NCBI GenBank assembly: GCA_002320595.1
Contig: DCKB01000031.1
Coordinates: 1,443 to 65,442 of the forward strand
DNA length: 64,000 nucleotides
Reading direction: 5' to 3'
Source of the DNA: Christensenella sp. UBA1685
GTDB taxonomy: Bacteria > Bacillota > Clostridia > Christensenellales > CAG-138
The notes below the pieces were generated by a model. It saw only the letters and a program-made list of their open reading frames with translations. It was not told the DNA's origin and ran no database searches. This document shows positions 28,182 to 36,514 of this stretch, piece after piece. Made by a program: the position numbers and the translations under genes. How positions within the stretch are numbered: position 1 is the stretch's first letter; every line of letters begins with the position of its first letter.

Positions 28182-29978
28182 CTACACGTTCTTTTCTATC
28201 CGATAATTTTCCGCCTGCGCATTGAACAGCTTGTAATACAGTCCGTCCGCCTTTTCCATGAGTGCCGCATGGGTGTCAAAACCGCTGACCGTGCCGCCGT
28301 CAAGGAGCAGGATACGGTCGCAAAAGACGCTTGAGGACATGCGGTGCGAGATATAGATCGCCGTTTTATCCCCGATGAGCGAATTGAAATTCTCATAGAT
28401 TTCGGCTTCTGCGAGCGGGTCAAGCGCACTCGTCGGTTCGTCAAGAATAATGACGGGTGCGTTTTTATAAAGCGCGCGGGCAATTGCGACCTTCTGCCGC
28501 TCGCCGCCGGAAAGCTCCACGCCGTTTTCATCGTAGGACTTCCCGAGCATGGAATACACGCCCTCGTCAAGCTCCGCCATTTTCTCATTCAGCCCTACGC
28601 GGCGGATTACCGTGCCCGTGCCCACAAGGTCGCTGCCGGGACGGCAGCCGGTGATGTTTTCATCAATGCTGAACGCAAAAAGCTTGTAATCCTGAAACAC
28701 TGCCGCAATGGAGGCAAGGTAGGACGTGTGTTCGTATTCAAAGATATCCACACCGTTTAGCAGAATGCGCCCCTCCTCCGGCCGGTACAGCCTGGAAATG
28801 AGCTTCACAAGCGTGGTTTTGCCCGCGCCGTTAAGCCCCACGATGGAAATCTTTTCGCCACCGCGGATCTCAAAGGAAACGTCGTGCAGCACGCGCGTCT
28901 CACTGCCCGGATACCGGAAGGACACATGTTCAAAGCGGATGGATTCAACCGTTTCGGAGAACGGCAACGTTCCGCCAAAGTCGCTTTCCTCCGGCAGGGA
29001 CATGAACTGCAGAAACGGTTCAAGATAGCCCAGCATCGCCGTGATGGTGACCGCGCTTGCGCCCGCGTCCGTGGCGGCCTTTGCAAAGCTTGCCGCAGCG
29101 CTTACATACATCGTAAGCGAACCGAGGCTGATCGGAGCCTTCCCGGAAAGGGAGCCGAGCACACGCAGCCCGGCGTAGCCGTACGCGAGCGCGGATTGCA
29201 GATCGTTCAGCGCGCCGCTCAGGCCCTGAAACCGCCCCATTTTTTTATAAAACTGGTCGCATTCCCCGCTGATTTCCCGGCCATAGTCCGTAACGCGGCC
29301 GGAAATCATGCCGCTCATGTCGTAAAGGCGCACATCCTTTTGCAGTGTATCCTGGAATCCAAGGTTCACATAATACCCATATTTGCGGTTGATCGGGATG
29401 AGGCTCGCATAAAATTTGAGTTGATCCTGCATCACGCGGGAATATGCAAACAGGTTCGCCGCCACGCACAACATCAAAAGCAGGACCAACACGGGACTGA
29501 GCGTCAGCATCACCGCAAGCGTGGTGATGATAATCAAGGCGCTTTGCAGGAACTGCGCCGTGTTGCGGATCATCTGGTAGGGCGCGCTTTGGTTGTTGAA
29601 CGCGAACAGGGCGCGTTCCTTTAAATCGAGGTATTCCGGTGTTTCAAGGCAGCCGAACGGCACCTTCATGACCTTTTCCGCCATAACGCGGTCCATCATG
29701 TTGTTTACATAGAGCTCCTTTTCATCAAGCCCACGCTTCACGGCACTGTTCAGAAGTGCGAGCACAAGGTTCAACCCCACGATCATCCCCGCATAAAGCA
29801 GAAGGTATTCGCCGCGGAGCGCGCCCGTCAGCTCGTCAATCAGGAACTTCGGCAGCAGCACGTTCAGAAGCACCTGCGCCCCCGCGAGCAGCACAGAGGA
29901 CGCCATCAGCAGCACATAAGCATGCGAGGTACGCCACACAATCGAAAAAAACAGGCGAAGCTTTTCCCACTGTTTCAT
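28182..29978 (-). CDS. ABC exporter, fused TMD+NBD
   Basis: GLNGAGKT, LSGGERQK, LDEPT and SHR motifs. Confidence 0.92.
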   Translation of the reverse strand: MKQWEKLRLFFSIVWRTSHAYVLLMASSVLLAGAQVLLNVLLPKFLIDELTGALRGEYLLLYAGMIVGLNLVLALLNSAVKRGLDEKELYVNNMMDRVMAEKVMKVPFGCLETPEYLDLKERALFAFNNQSAPYQMIRNTAQFLQSALIIITTLAVMLTLSPVLVLLLMLCVAANLFAYSRVMQDQLKFYASLIPINRKYGYYVNLGFQDTLQKDVRLYDMSGMISGRVTDYGREISGECDQFYKKMGRFQGLSGALNDLQSALAYGYAGLRVLGSLSGKAPISLGSLTMYVSAAASFAKAATDAGASAVTITAMLGYLEPFLQFMSLPEESDFGGTLPFSETVESIRFEHVSFRYPGSETRVLHDVSFEIRGGEKISIVGLNGAGKTTLVKLISRLYRPEEGRILLNGVDIFEYEHTSYLASIAAVFQDYKLFAFSIDENITGCRPGSDLVGTGTVIRRVGLNEKMAELDEGVYSMLGKSYDENGVELSGGERQKVAIARALYKNAPVIILDEPTSALDPLAEAEIYENFNSLIGDKTAIYISHRMSSSVFCDRILLLDGGTVSGFDTHAALMEKADGLYYKLFNAQAENYRIEKNV

Positions 29979-31774
29979 GCGCCCACCTCCTCCGAAGCCC
30001 GGTTGTAATACTTCCCCTGCACGGTAAACATTTCAAAATATTTGCCGCCGAGCGCCAACAGTTCCTCATGCGTGCCGTATTCGGCAAGGCCCTGCCCGTC
30101 AAAGAGGGCAATATGATCGCAAAACTTCGTGCTCGCAAGCCGGTGGGAAATGTACACCGCCGTTTTCCCCTGCACAAGCGCGGCAAAGTTTTCGTAAATC
30201 TCCGCTTCGGCAAGCGCATCGAGCGCGGCGGTTGGTTCGTCCATGATGACCATGTTCGCATCCTTATACAGCGCGCGGGCGATGGAAAGCTTTTGCGCTT
30301 CGCCGCCGGAAAGCTCCGTGCCGTCCTTTTCGATGATCTTGAGAAGCGTCTGCTCCAGGCCTTTTGGGAACGCGCGCACTTTGCCGCCAAGCCCTACGCG
30401 TTCAAGCGCGTCCATGGCGCGCGCCCTGTCTCCCTCCGCATGGCAGGCCACGTTTTCAAGCACTGTATAGGCAAGCGTGTTGACCTCCTGAAACACCGCG
30501 GAGAACATTGAATATAACGCTTTTTTATTGAATGCGCCGATGGGTACGCCGTTGATGAGGATTTCTCCCTCCGTCGGCGCAAAGAGGCCGGTCATCAGCT
30601 TCACAAGCGTGGACTTCCCCGCGCCGTTCACCCCTACGATCGCAAGGCGTTCCCCCTTGCGAATTGTAAAATCCAGATTTTTAAAGATGTATTTTTCCGT
30701 GCGCGGGTATTTGAAGCTCACGTTTTTGAATTCGATCTCAAGCGTATCCCCACTGATCGCAGGGTGTGTGCCGCCGTGTTCGCCCAGATCCTCATCCAGA
30801 AAGCGGAACATGTCATAGACATATTCCCCCTCGCTGTAAACCGTACCCGCCTTTTCCGCGAGCAGCTTGAGCTGCGCCGAAAGGCTCAGCACCGCCGCAA
30901 GGTACATCGAAAAATCCGCGATGGGCATCCCGCGCGTTACATCCCGCACAAGGAGGCCGTAGGTCGCCGCATCGCTCAAAAGAAGCGCGCCAAGCGCAAG
31001 GAAGCCCAACAGGAATTCCCGGCGCTTGACGCGCGCGATGATGGCAACGTATGCGTCGATCTCCCGTTTGAAATTATCAAGGATTCGGGATTGAAACCCG
31101 TAAAGCCGCACGTCCTTGCCAAAGGAAAAATCATTGGCGGTGTTGGAATAATACCGCACGCGGCGCTCTGCATGGCCGATCTCTGCATGCAGGCCGTGCT
31201 GGAAGGCATGCGTTTCCCGGCTCACCCAAAACACGGCGGCCACATGCAGCAGCAGCGCCGCGAGAATCCATATGCTTTTCATGCCGATGAACACGACGTA
31301 AGCAAGCACCGTCAAAAGCACGGCGGGGGTTTCATACAGCGCATGGTATACGCCTTCCACGCCGTTATCGTTGCTGTTTGCGGCATTCAGCGCGCGCTCA
31401 TGCTCGTCATAGAACTTAGCGTCCTCGGTATTGCAATAGCGCATAGTGAGGTTCTTGTTCAGCATGTCTCTGAGGTATTCAAGCCGCAGCAGCCCAAGTT
31501 TATGGTAAGAAGCATAGTACAGATAGGTTTTCAGCGCCCCTACGCCGCCTGCCGCAAGGAAGAAGCCCACCGCAATAAAAACGAGCCGCTCGGCAGAAGG
31601 CGCCGGCTGTGTCAGCTCCCCGAGCACAAGCTTGGGCAGCGCCACGGCAAACATCGGGTAAACCGCCGCAGCAAGCGTATAAATCCCAAAGCTTGCAAAC
31701 AGACGTTTGTTTTGCCGCCATGCGTTCTGCACAAGCCGGGCGAGTGTTTTTCCGATTGGATATGATTTTTTCAT
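29975..31774 (-). CDS. ABC exporter, fused TMD+NBD (heterodimer partner)
   Basis: GVNGAGKS, LSGGEAQK, MDEPT and SHR motifs. 4-bp overlap with the downstream gene. Confidence 0.92.
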   Translation of the reverse strand: MKKSYPIGKTLARLVQNAWRQNKRLFASFGIYTLAAAVYPMFAVALPKLVLGELTQPAPSAERLVFIAVGFFLAAGGVGALKTYLYYASYHKLGLLRLEYLRDMLNKNLTMRYCNTEDAKFYDEHERALNAANSNDNGVEGVYHALYETPAVLLTVLAYVVFIGMKSIWILAALLLHVAAVFWVSRETHAFQHGLHAEIGHAERRVRYYSNTANDFSFGKDVRLYGFQSRILDNFKREIDAYVAIIARVKRREFLLGFLALGALLLSDAATYGLLVRDVTRGMPIADFSMYLAAVLSLSAQLKLLAEKAGTVYSEGEYVYDMFRFLDEDLGEHGGTHPAISGDTLEIEFKNVSFKYPRTEKYIFKNLDFTIRKGERLAIVGVNGAGKSTLVKLMTGLFAPTEGEILINGVPIGAFNKKALYSMFSAVFQEVNTLAYTVLENVACHAEGDRARAMDALERVGLGGKVRAFPKGLEQTLLKIIEKDGTELSGGEAQKLSIARALYKDANMVIMDEPTAALDALAEAEIYENFAALVQGKTAVYISHRLASTKFCDHIALFDGQGLAEYGTHEELLALGGKYFEMFTVQGKYYNRASEEVGA

Positions 31775-31839
31775 GCTGCCTCCCCCGGAAAATGAGATGG
31801 GTTTATTAAATCACAGCCTTCCCCTTTGCGTCAAGCAAG

Positions 31840-31859
31840 GAGCGGTTGCGCAACCGCTC
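31840..31859. promoter_or_regulatory. Perfect 20-bp palindrome upstream of the ABC pair (operator candidate)
   Basis: GAGCGGTTGCGCAACCGCTC, 5 bp upstream of a minus-strand TTGACG -35-like hexamer. Confidence 0.6.
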
Positions 31860-31952
31860 GAATCCTGTGCGTTTATCGTTTGAATGCTTGTGATTCTTGC
31901 TCTTTAAATAAAAACGGGCAGGAGTTTTCCCGCCCGAAAAATTGTTTTTTAA

Positions 31953-32681
31953 TTACCGTCCCGCCGCCTGCAGCGCGAGGTTCGGATAATTCGTGATGAC
32001 CGCATTCACGCCCGCTTCAATCAGCTCGCGCATTACCTGCGGGTCGTTCGCTGTCCATGGGTTCACATCCACGCCCGCCTTACGGCAGCCTTCCAGTATG
32101 CCGGGGCAGTTGAGCGCGGCAAGGTAATGCGGATGCAGCGCGTTTGCGCCCACATACTTCGCATAAACCCATGGGTCCACCATTGCATCGGAATAAAGAA
32201 GGCCGATCTTTGCTTCCGGATCAAGCTCGCGGATTTTCAAAAGGACATAATGATTGAACGAGGAATACAGAATGCGCCCCTGCATGCCCATCTCGCGTTC
32301 AAGCGCAATCAGATGGTCCCATATGCCGTAATAGATTACAACGTCGCACTTGACCTCCACATTGATGGTAAGGTTTGTGTTTCTGAGCAGGCCGTACACT
32401 TCGCGCAGCGTTGGAATACGGACGTTCTGATAGCCTTCCATGCCGTTTGAAAAATCCAGGCGTTTGAGCTCCTGGCAGGTCATATCCACCACGCGGCCCG
32501 TACCGTTTGAAGTGCGGTCCACCGTTTCGTCGTGAATGACCATGAGCTTCCCGTCCGAGCTCATGTGCACATCAAGTTCCACGCCGTCTGCGCCCTGCTC
32601 CACCGCCAGCTTGAACGCCGGGATGGTGTTTTCCGGCGCATACCCGCTCGCCCCTCTATGTGCCCAAATCTTTGTTGCCAT
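31953..32681 (-). CDS. Glycerophosphodiester phosphodiesterase
   Basis: AHRGASGYAPENT, ELDVH, IHDETVDRT and WTAND motifs. Confidence 0.92.
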   Translation of the reverse strand: MATKIWAHRGASGYAPENTIPAFKLAVEQGADGVELDVHMSSDGKLMVIHDETVDRTSNGTGRVVDMTCQELKRLDFSNGMEGYQNVRIPTLREVYGLLRNTNLTINVEVKCDVVIYYGIWDHLIALEREMGMQGRILYSSFNHYVLLKIRELDPEAKIGLLYSDAMVDPWVYAKYVGANALHPHYLAALNCPGILEGCRKAGVDVNPWTANDPQVMRELIEAGVNAVITNYPNLALQAAGR

Positions 32682-32772
32682 ATCGCCGTTCCCCCTGTTT
32701 ACGTTTCGCATTTTCTAAATTATACCATCTTTCTTACGAGAAAAAAACCGGCTAACTGTAAACAATATTGGC

Positions 32773-33144
32773 ATGAAATTAAGTATTTTCCTTCTTGCAT
32801 TCTTTCTCGGCGGCACGCTCTATGTTCTGCTGGAGCTCCTTTGGCGCGGCCGCAGCCACGTTTCGATGTTCTGCGCCGGCGGGCTGGCCCTTCTGCTGCT
32901 GCACGGGCTGTTTCTCCGCTTCGCGCTTCCGCTCTTCGCGCAGTGCCTTGTCGGCGGGCTTGTGATCACAGCGATCGAATTTGTCGCGGGCGCGATTGTG
33001 AATGTGCGTCTGAAGCTCAACGTGTGGGATTATTCCAAAATGCCCCTCAACCTGTATGGGCAGGTCTGCTTGCCGTTCTCGCTGCTCTGGTGCCTGCTTA
33101 CGCTCCCCATCTCTTTCTTAAGCGGCTATCTTGCAACGCTCTGA
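32773..33144 (+). CDS. Small membrane protein (putative ABC-permease-like/CmpB type)
   Basis: ELLWRGRSH and WDYS..PLNLYGQVC motifs; four hydrophobic segments. Confidence 0.7.
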   Translation: MKLSIFLLAFFLGGTLYVLLELLWRGRSHVSMFCAGGLALLLLHGLFLRFALPLFAQCLVGGLVITAIEFVAGAIVNVRLKLNVWDYSKMPLNLYGQVCLPFSLLWCLLTLPISFLSGYLATL

Positions 33145-33230
33145 CAGCTTGAAGCTTTCCTCTGTTTGCGGTATCATAAGGAAAAGATTTCATTTCCGCA
33201 TGATCCCGCACAAACTGAAAGGAGAGCCCT

Positions 33231-34097
33231 ATGCAAAAAGCAAAGATCAATTCTGCCCGCCTTGTGATGCAGAGTGTCGCAGGCATGGTACGCCATCCCT
33301 ATATGGGCGGCCCATACCGCATCTCCCATGATGGCATTGCCCATGTGCTGCCCGCCACAGGCGCAATCACTTACAATGTGAAGATTGGCGATTCCGTTTA
33401 TGCCATGGAATGTGACCATGTGGAGCCGGGCGTTACGGTGCTCAACCCGGACAAAGCCGAAAACGCTGCTTTCAACACGCTTTCCTGCGTCGGCAACACG
33501 GCGGTTGTCATCTCTGGCGACGCAAAGGGTGCGCGCGGCTTTGTGACCGGCACCCATGGCGGTGTGGAGCATGTGATCTGCTATTTTCCGGCGGATGCGC
33601 TCGAGCGTATGGCCATCGGCGACCGCATTCAGGTGCGCGCCCAGGGGCAGGGCATGCAGATCGAAGGCTTTGAACGCACCGTTGCCTGCATGAACCTTGA
33701 CCCAAACCTGTTTGAGAAAATGAACATCTCCGTGGAAGATGGAAAGCTGATTGTGCCCGTTGCCGCACGCGTGCCTGCCTATCTCATGGGCAGCGGCGTC
33801 GGTTCCGCAAGTTCCACAAGCGGAGATTATGACATCATGACCGCGGATCACGACGAAATCGTCCGCCTTGGGCTTCACAAGCTCCGCTATGGTGATTTTG
33901 TGCTGCTGGAGGATTGCGATACCTCCTTCGGCCGGGGCTATCTCGGCGGCGCGCGCACCATCGGGATCGTCATCCACAGCGATTGTATCAAGATGGGCCA
34001 CGGCCCGGGCGTAACAACGCTCCTTACGAGCAAAACTCCCGTCATCGAAGGCAGGCTCGATGCGGGTGCGAACCTCGCGGATTATATGGGGGTGTAA
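33231..34097 (+). CDS. DUF4438-like protein of unknown function
   Basis: DHVEPGV, CVGN.A, GTHGG, MGSG.G, GDYDI and GHGPG motifs. AAAGGAG RBS. Confidence 0.75.
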   Translation: MQKAKINSARLVMQSVAGMVRHPYMGGPYRISHDGIAHVLPATGAITYNVKIGDSVYAMECDHVEPGVTVLNPDKAENAAFNTLSCVGNTAVVISGDAKGARGFVTGTHGGVEHVICYFPADALERMAIGDRIQVRAQGQGMQIEGFERTVACMNLDPNLFEKMNISVEDGKLIVPVAARVPAYLMGSGVGSASSTSGDYDIMTADHDEIVRLGLHKLRYGDFVLLEDCDTSFGRGYLGGARTIGIVIHSDCIKMGHGPGVTTLLTSKTPVIEGRLDAGANLADYMGV

Positions 34098-34173
34098 CGC
34101 TTCAGGCTCTGCCGGGTTTACGGAAGGACGAAAGCCGCCGGGGGGAATCTGCCGGTGTCCATAAGACAACGAG

Positions 34174-34214
34174 CCCGACCTGTGACTGCGATCATAGGCC
34201 GGGTTTCCATTTTT
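34174..34214 (+). terminator. Probable terminator of the DUF4438 gene
   Basis: CCCGACCTGTGA...TCATAGGCCGGG followed by TTTCCATTTTT. Confidence 0.6.
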
Positions 34215-34239
34215 ATGTATTGGCGCTTACGGCATCCAA

Positions 34240-34284
34240 GGCTCCCTTATGTAAAGGGAGCTGTCAGCGAAGCTGCCTGAGGGA
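34240..34284. repeat. REP-like palindromic unit
   Basis: GGCTCCCTT-ATGTA-AAGGGAGCT followed by GTCAGCGAAGCTGCCTGAGGGA. It resembles dispersed extragenic palindromes of gut Clostridia (recalled, not searched). Confidence 0.5.
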
Positions 34285-34330
34285 TTGTCTTGCCGCAGCA
34301 TCAATATACTCACATGCGGCCTGAAAGCTC

Positions 34331-34837
34331 CTACTCATAAAGGTTCTTTTCGTAACAAACCTCTATCGCTTCAAGGCTTCGCTTTGCTTTTCCGTTGGCT
34401 GCAAATCCATGTACCTCGTAGAAGCGTCTTGCTCTTGTGTTTGCTTCAAAAACCCAAAGCATAATCTTCGAATAGCCTGCCGCTGCAACATCATGTAGCA
34501 CGGCATCCATCATCTTACTGCCATACCCTTTTCGCCATTGATTCTGTAAACTATGAATACAAATGAGTTCGGCATAGCCAGGCATATCCTTCTCGCGGGT
34601 GGCATCCCACCATGCGATACAATGTGGCTTGCCCTCAACTTTCAACAAATAGCCGTTTCCGATATTCTGATCCAATATATGGCGATACATTTCGGTTGCT
34701 TTATTTACTTGAGTATATCTTTGCAGCACATCGTCACTCAATATATCCTTAAACCCTGCTTTCCAACTTTCTGTCTGTATATATGCCAATTCTTCTTCGT
34801 CACCCAACTTGGCACGTTCAATTGTATATTCCGTCAT
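34331..34837 (-). CDS. GNAT-family N-acetyltransferase (visibly AT-richer than its flanks)
   Basis: QWRKGYGSKMM acetyl-CoA motif and LWVFEANTRARRFYE. GGAGGAGG RBS. Confidence 0.9.
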   Translation of the reverse strand: MTEYTIERAKLGDEEELAYIQTESWKAGFKDILSDDVLQRYTQVNKATEMYRHILDQNIGNGYLLKVEGKPHCIAWWDATREKDMPGYAELICIHSLQNQWRKGYGSKMMDAVLHDVAAAGYSKIMLWVFEANTRARRFYEVHGFAANGKAKRSLEAIEVCYEKNLYE

Positions 34838-34919
34838 TTTCCTCCTCCACAAATCCGTATTTGCTGCGTTCTTCTTTGAATTAGAATAACAGAAGAGTTT
34901 GCAAAAGTCTATTGCCCAC

Positions 34920-34956
34920 AAAAAGAACCTCCCAAACCGTTTTGGTTCAGGAGGCC
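34920..34956 (-). terminator. Terminator behind the spare xth tail
   Basis: Minus strand GCCTCCTGAACC-AAAAC-GGTTTGGGAGGTT followed by CTTTTT. Confidence 0.65.
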
Positions 34957-35012
34957 ATGTTTGCATTCCTGTTTTACGGCCTCAGCCCAATTCCTATCAG
35001 CTCTGTTTTTGC

Positions 35013-35159
35013 TTATTCCGGCATGCCCATCTCCAGCATCACGGGGCAATGATCGCTGCCCATGACCTCCGGCAGAATGCTGCTTTCTTCAATGCAGCCG
35101 CGGATGCGCTCGCTTACAAGAAAATAGTCGATGCGCCACCCCGCGTTATTGGCGCGGGC
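35013..35159 (-). repeat. Second copy of the xth 3' end (in-frame to its own stop, ...VMLEMGMPE*)
   Basis: 35027-35159 matches 36526-36658 with 5 mismatches, all synonymous in the xth frame. Confidence 0.95.
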
Positions 35160-35240
35160 GTAACAACGCTTCTTACGAGCAAAACGCCCATCGTCGAGGG
35201 CAGGCTCGATGCGGGCGCGAATCTTCAGGTGGGCATTTAA
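35151..35240 (+). repeat. Second copy of the DUF4438 3' end (in-frame to its own stop, ...DAGANLQVGI*)
   Basis: 35151-35224 matches 34002-34075 with 8 mismatches: 5 synonymous, a VI/IV swap and one in the core. Confidence 0.93.
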
Positions 35241-36205
35241 TTCTTCTGTTCCGCTATTTTCAAAAACGCAAGTGCAGCCTGCCGCCAAGCCTCGGGCTCT
35301 TCCCGCATTGGAGTATGCGCGGAATGCTCGAACCAGACCCATTGCTTTCTTGGAGCCTGCAATGCATCGAACCATGCTCTTGCAAGCTCGGGCGGCGTGC
35401 ATTGGTCATGCCGCCCTTCCAATAGGCAGACGGGCATTTCAAGCTTTGCCGCGTCCCTGATCAGGTTCTGCTCCAACACCGCGTCCCATAGTGCCCGGAT
35501 GCAGCCGGCATTTCCATCCCACGCGTGATATAGTTCCCCCAGCGTATAGGCTCCTGAGCGCAGCGCAGGCAGAAGTGCGCTGTTCCACTTTGTACTCTTT
35601 CTGAAGGAAACCCCACCGTATTTTTTCACATAACGCCGCTGCACCCACGCACCCTTTGGCGTGGAATAGCGTCCTTTTTCCGGTGCGCCGATGCGTTGGA
35701 GCTCGCGCATCGCCTCCGCATCTCCGCGCCGCGCGGCTTCTTCACAAACGAACTCATAGGAAAGACGCTCCCCTTCCGCACCGTTAACCATTTGCCCCGA
35801 GCCCAAGTATGCGGAAATTCCCTCCGGATACGCGCTGCAAAGCAATGTTCCAAGAAGTGTGCCCCATGAATGCGCAACAAGAATAAGCGCATCCTGCTTA
35901 AATTTTTTCAACAGATATTCCTTTACCTGCCGCACATCCTCCAATACCTGTGGGAGCGTCATCGGTTCCTTTTCCGCAAGCGTTGGCGCAAAGCTGAGTC
36001 CCGCCCCGCGCTGATCCCAGCACACGAGCGTATAATGCTTCGCCAATGCAGATTGGCAGCCCAATACAAGGTGCCTGTCCGGCGCACCGGGGCCGCCATG
36101 CAGAAAAAGCATCAACGGCAGGTTCTCCTCCGCCGCGCGATAGCACAGCGCATGGTTCCATCCATTGAGCCGAACCGTTTCCCTTTTATCCAACGCATAC
36201 CGCAT
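35237..36205 (-). CDS. Alpha/beta hydrolase (proline iminopeptidase-like)
   Basis: LHGGPG, WDQRGAG, AHSWG nucleophile, GRHD and SAH motifs. Confidence 0.88.
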   Translation of the reverse strand: MRYALDKRETVRLNGWNHALCYRAAEENLPLMLFLHGGPGAPDRHLVLGCQSALAKHYTLVCWDQRGAGLSFAPTLAEKEPMTLPQVLEDVRQVKEYLLKKFKQDALILVAHSWGTLLGTLLCSAYPEGISAYLGSGQMVNGAEGERLSYEFVCEEAARRGDAEAMRELQRIGAPEKGRYSTPKGAWVQRRYVKKYGGVSFRKSTKWNSALLPALRSGAYTLGELYHAWDGNAGCIRALWDAVLEQNLIRDAAKLEMPVCLLEGRHDQCTPPELARAWFDALQAPRKQWVWFEHSAHTPMREEPEAWRQAALAFLKIAEQKN

Positions 36206-36206
36206 T

Positions 36207-36512
36207 TTATTCCAACCCTTCCGCGCGCAGCCGCGCAAGGTTCTCCTCAATCTGCGTTTCCAATTGTTCTTCCACGCCGTAATACAGCGCAAGTTGTGTC
36301 AAAGCCACCATTGCCTGACGAATCTCGTTTGCAAGATTCTCCTTTTGCGGTGCGCCGTGTTTTTCGCGTTTTCGTCCGCTGCCTTCCCAGAGGTTCACCT
36401 CTGCGGCAACTTCTCCGCATTTCTCCAAGAGCCGCGTCACAATTTGGAACGGTTCGTTTCCTCCGGGAAAACGCCGGTTTGCGCCGCGCGCCATCCGATA
36501 AAAACGCTCCAT
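36207..36512 (-). CDS. Small helical protein, MazG-like NTP pyrophosphatase fold suspected
   Basis: RLLEKCGEVAAEV...LANEI pattern. Coupled to xth with a GGAGGAG RBS. Confidence 0.55.
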   Translation of the reverse strand: MERFYRMARGANRRFPGGNEPFQIVTRLLEKCGEVAAEVNLWEGSGRKREKHGAPQKENLANEIRQAMVALTQLALYYGVEEQLETQIEENLARLRAEGLE

Positions 36513-36514
36513 GC

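Larger units (their letters stand above)
34002..35150. mobile_element. Cassette 1: DUF4438 tail + terminator + GNAT + terminator + spare xth tail
   Basis: Bounded by GGCCCGGGC (34002) and GGCGCGGGC (35151). Confidence 0.6.

Noticed and set aside
34098-34170. GGACGAAAGCC segment suggestive of a hammerhead ribozyme
   Set aside because: No CUGAnGA core or consistent stems were found on either strand.
35013-35402. 129-aa ORF ending in an Xth-like C-terminus (and the + strand ORF 34899-35240 ending in a DUF4438-like tail)
   Set aside because: These are by-products of the cassette junction. They have no RBS, and their N-terminal parts are off-frame or antisense sequence.
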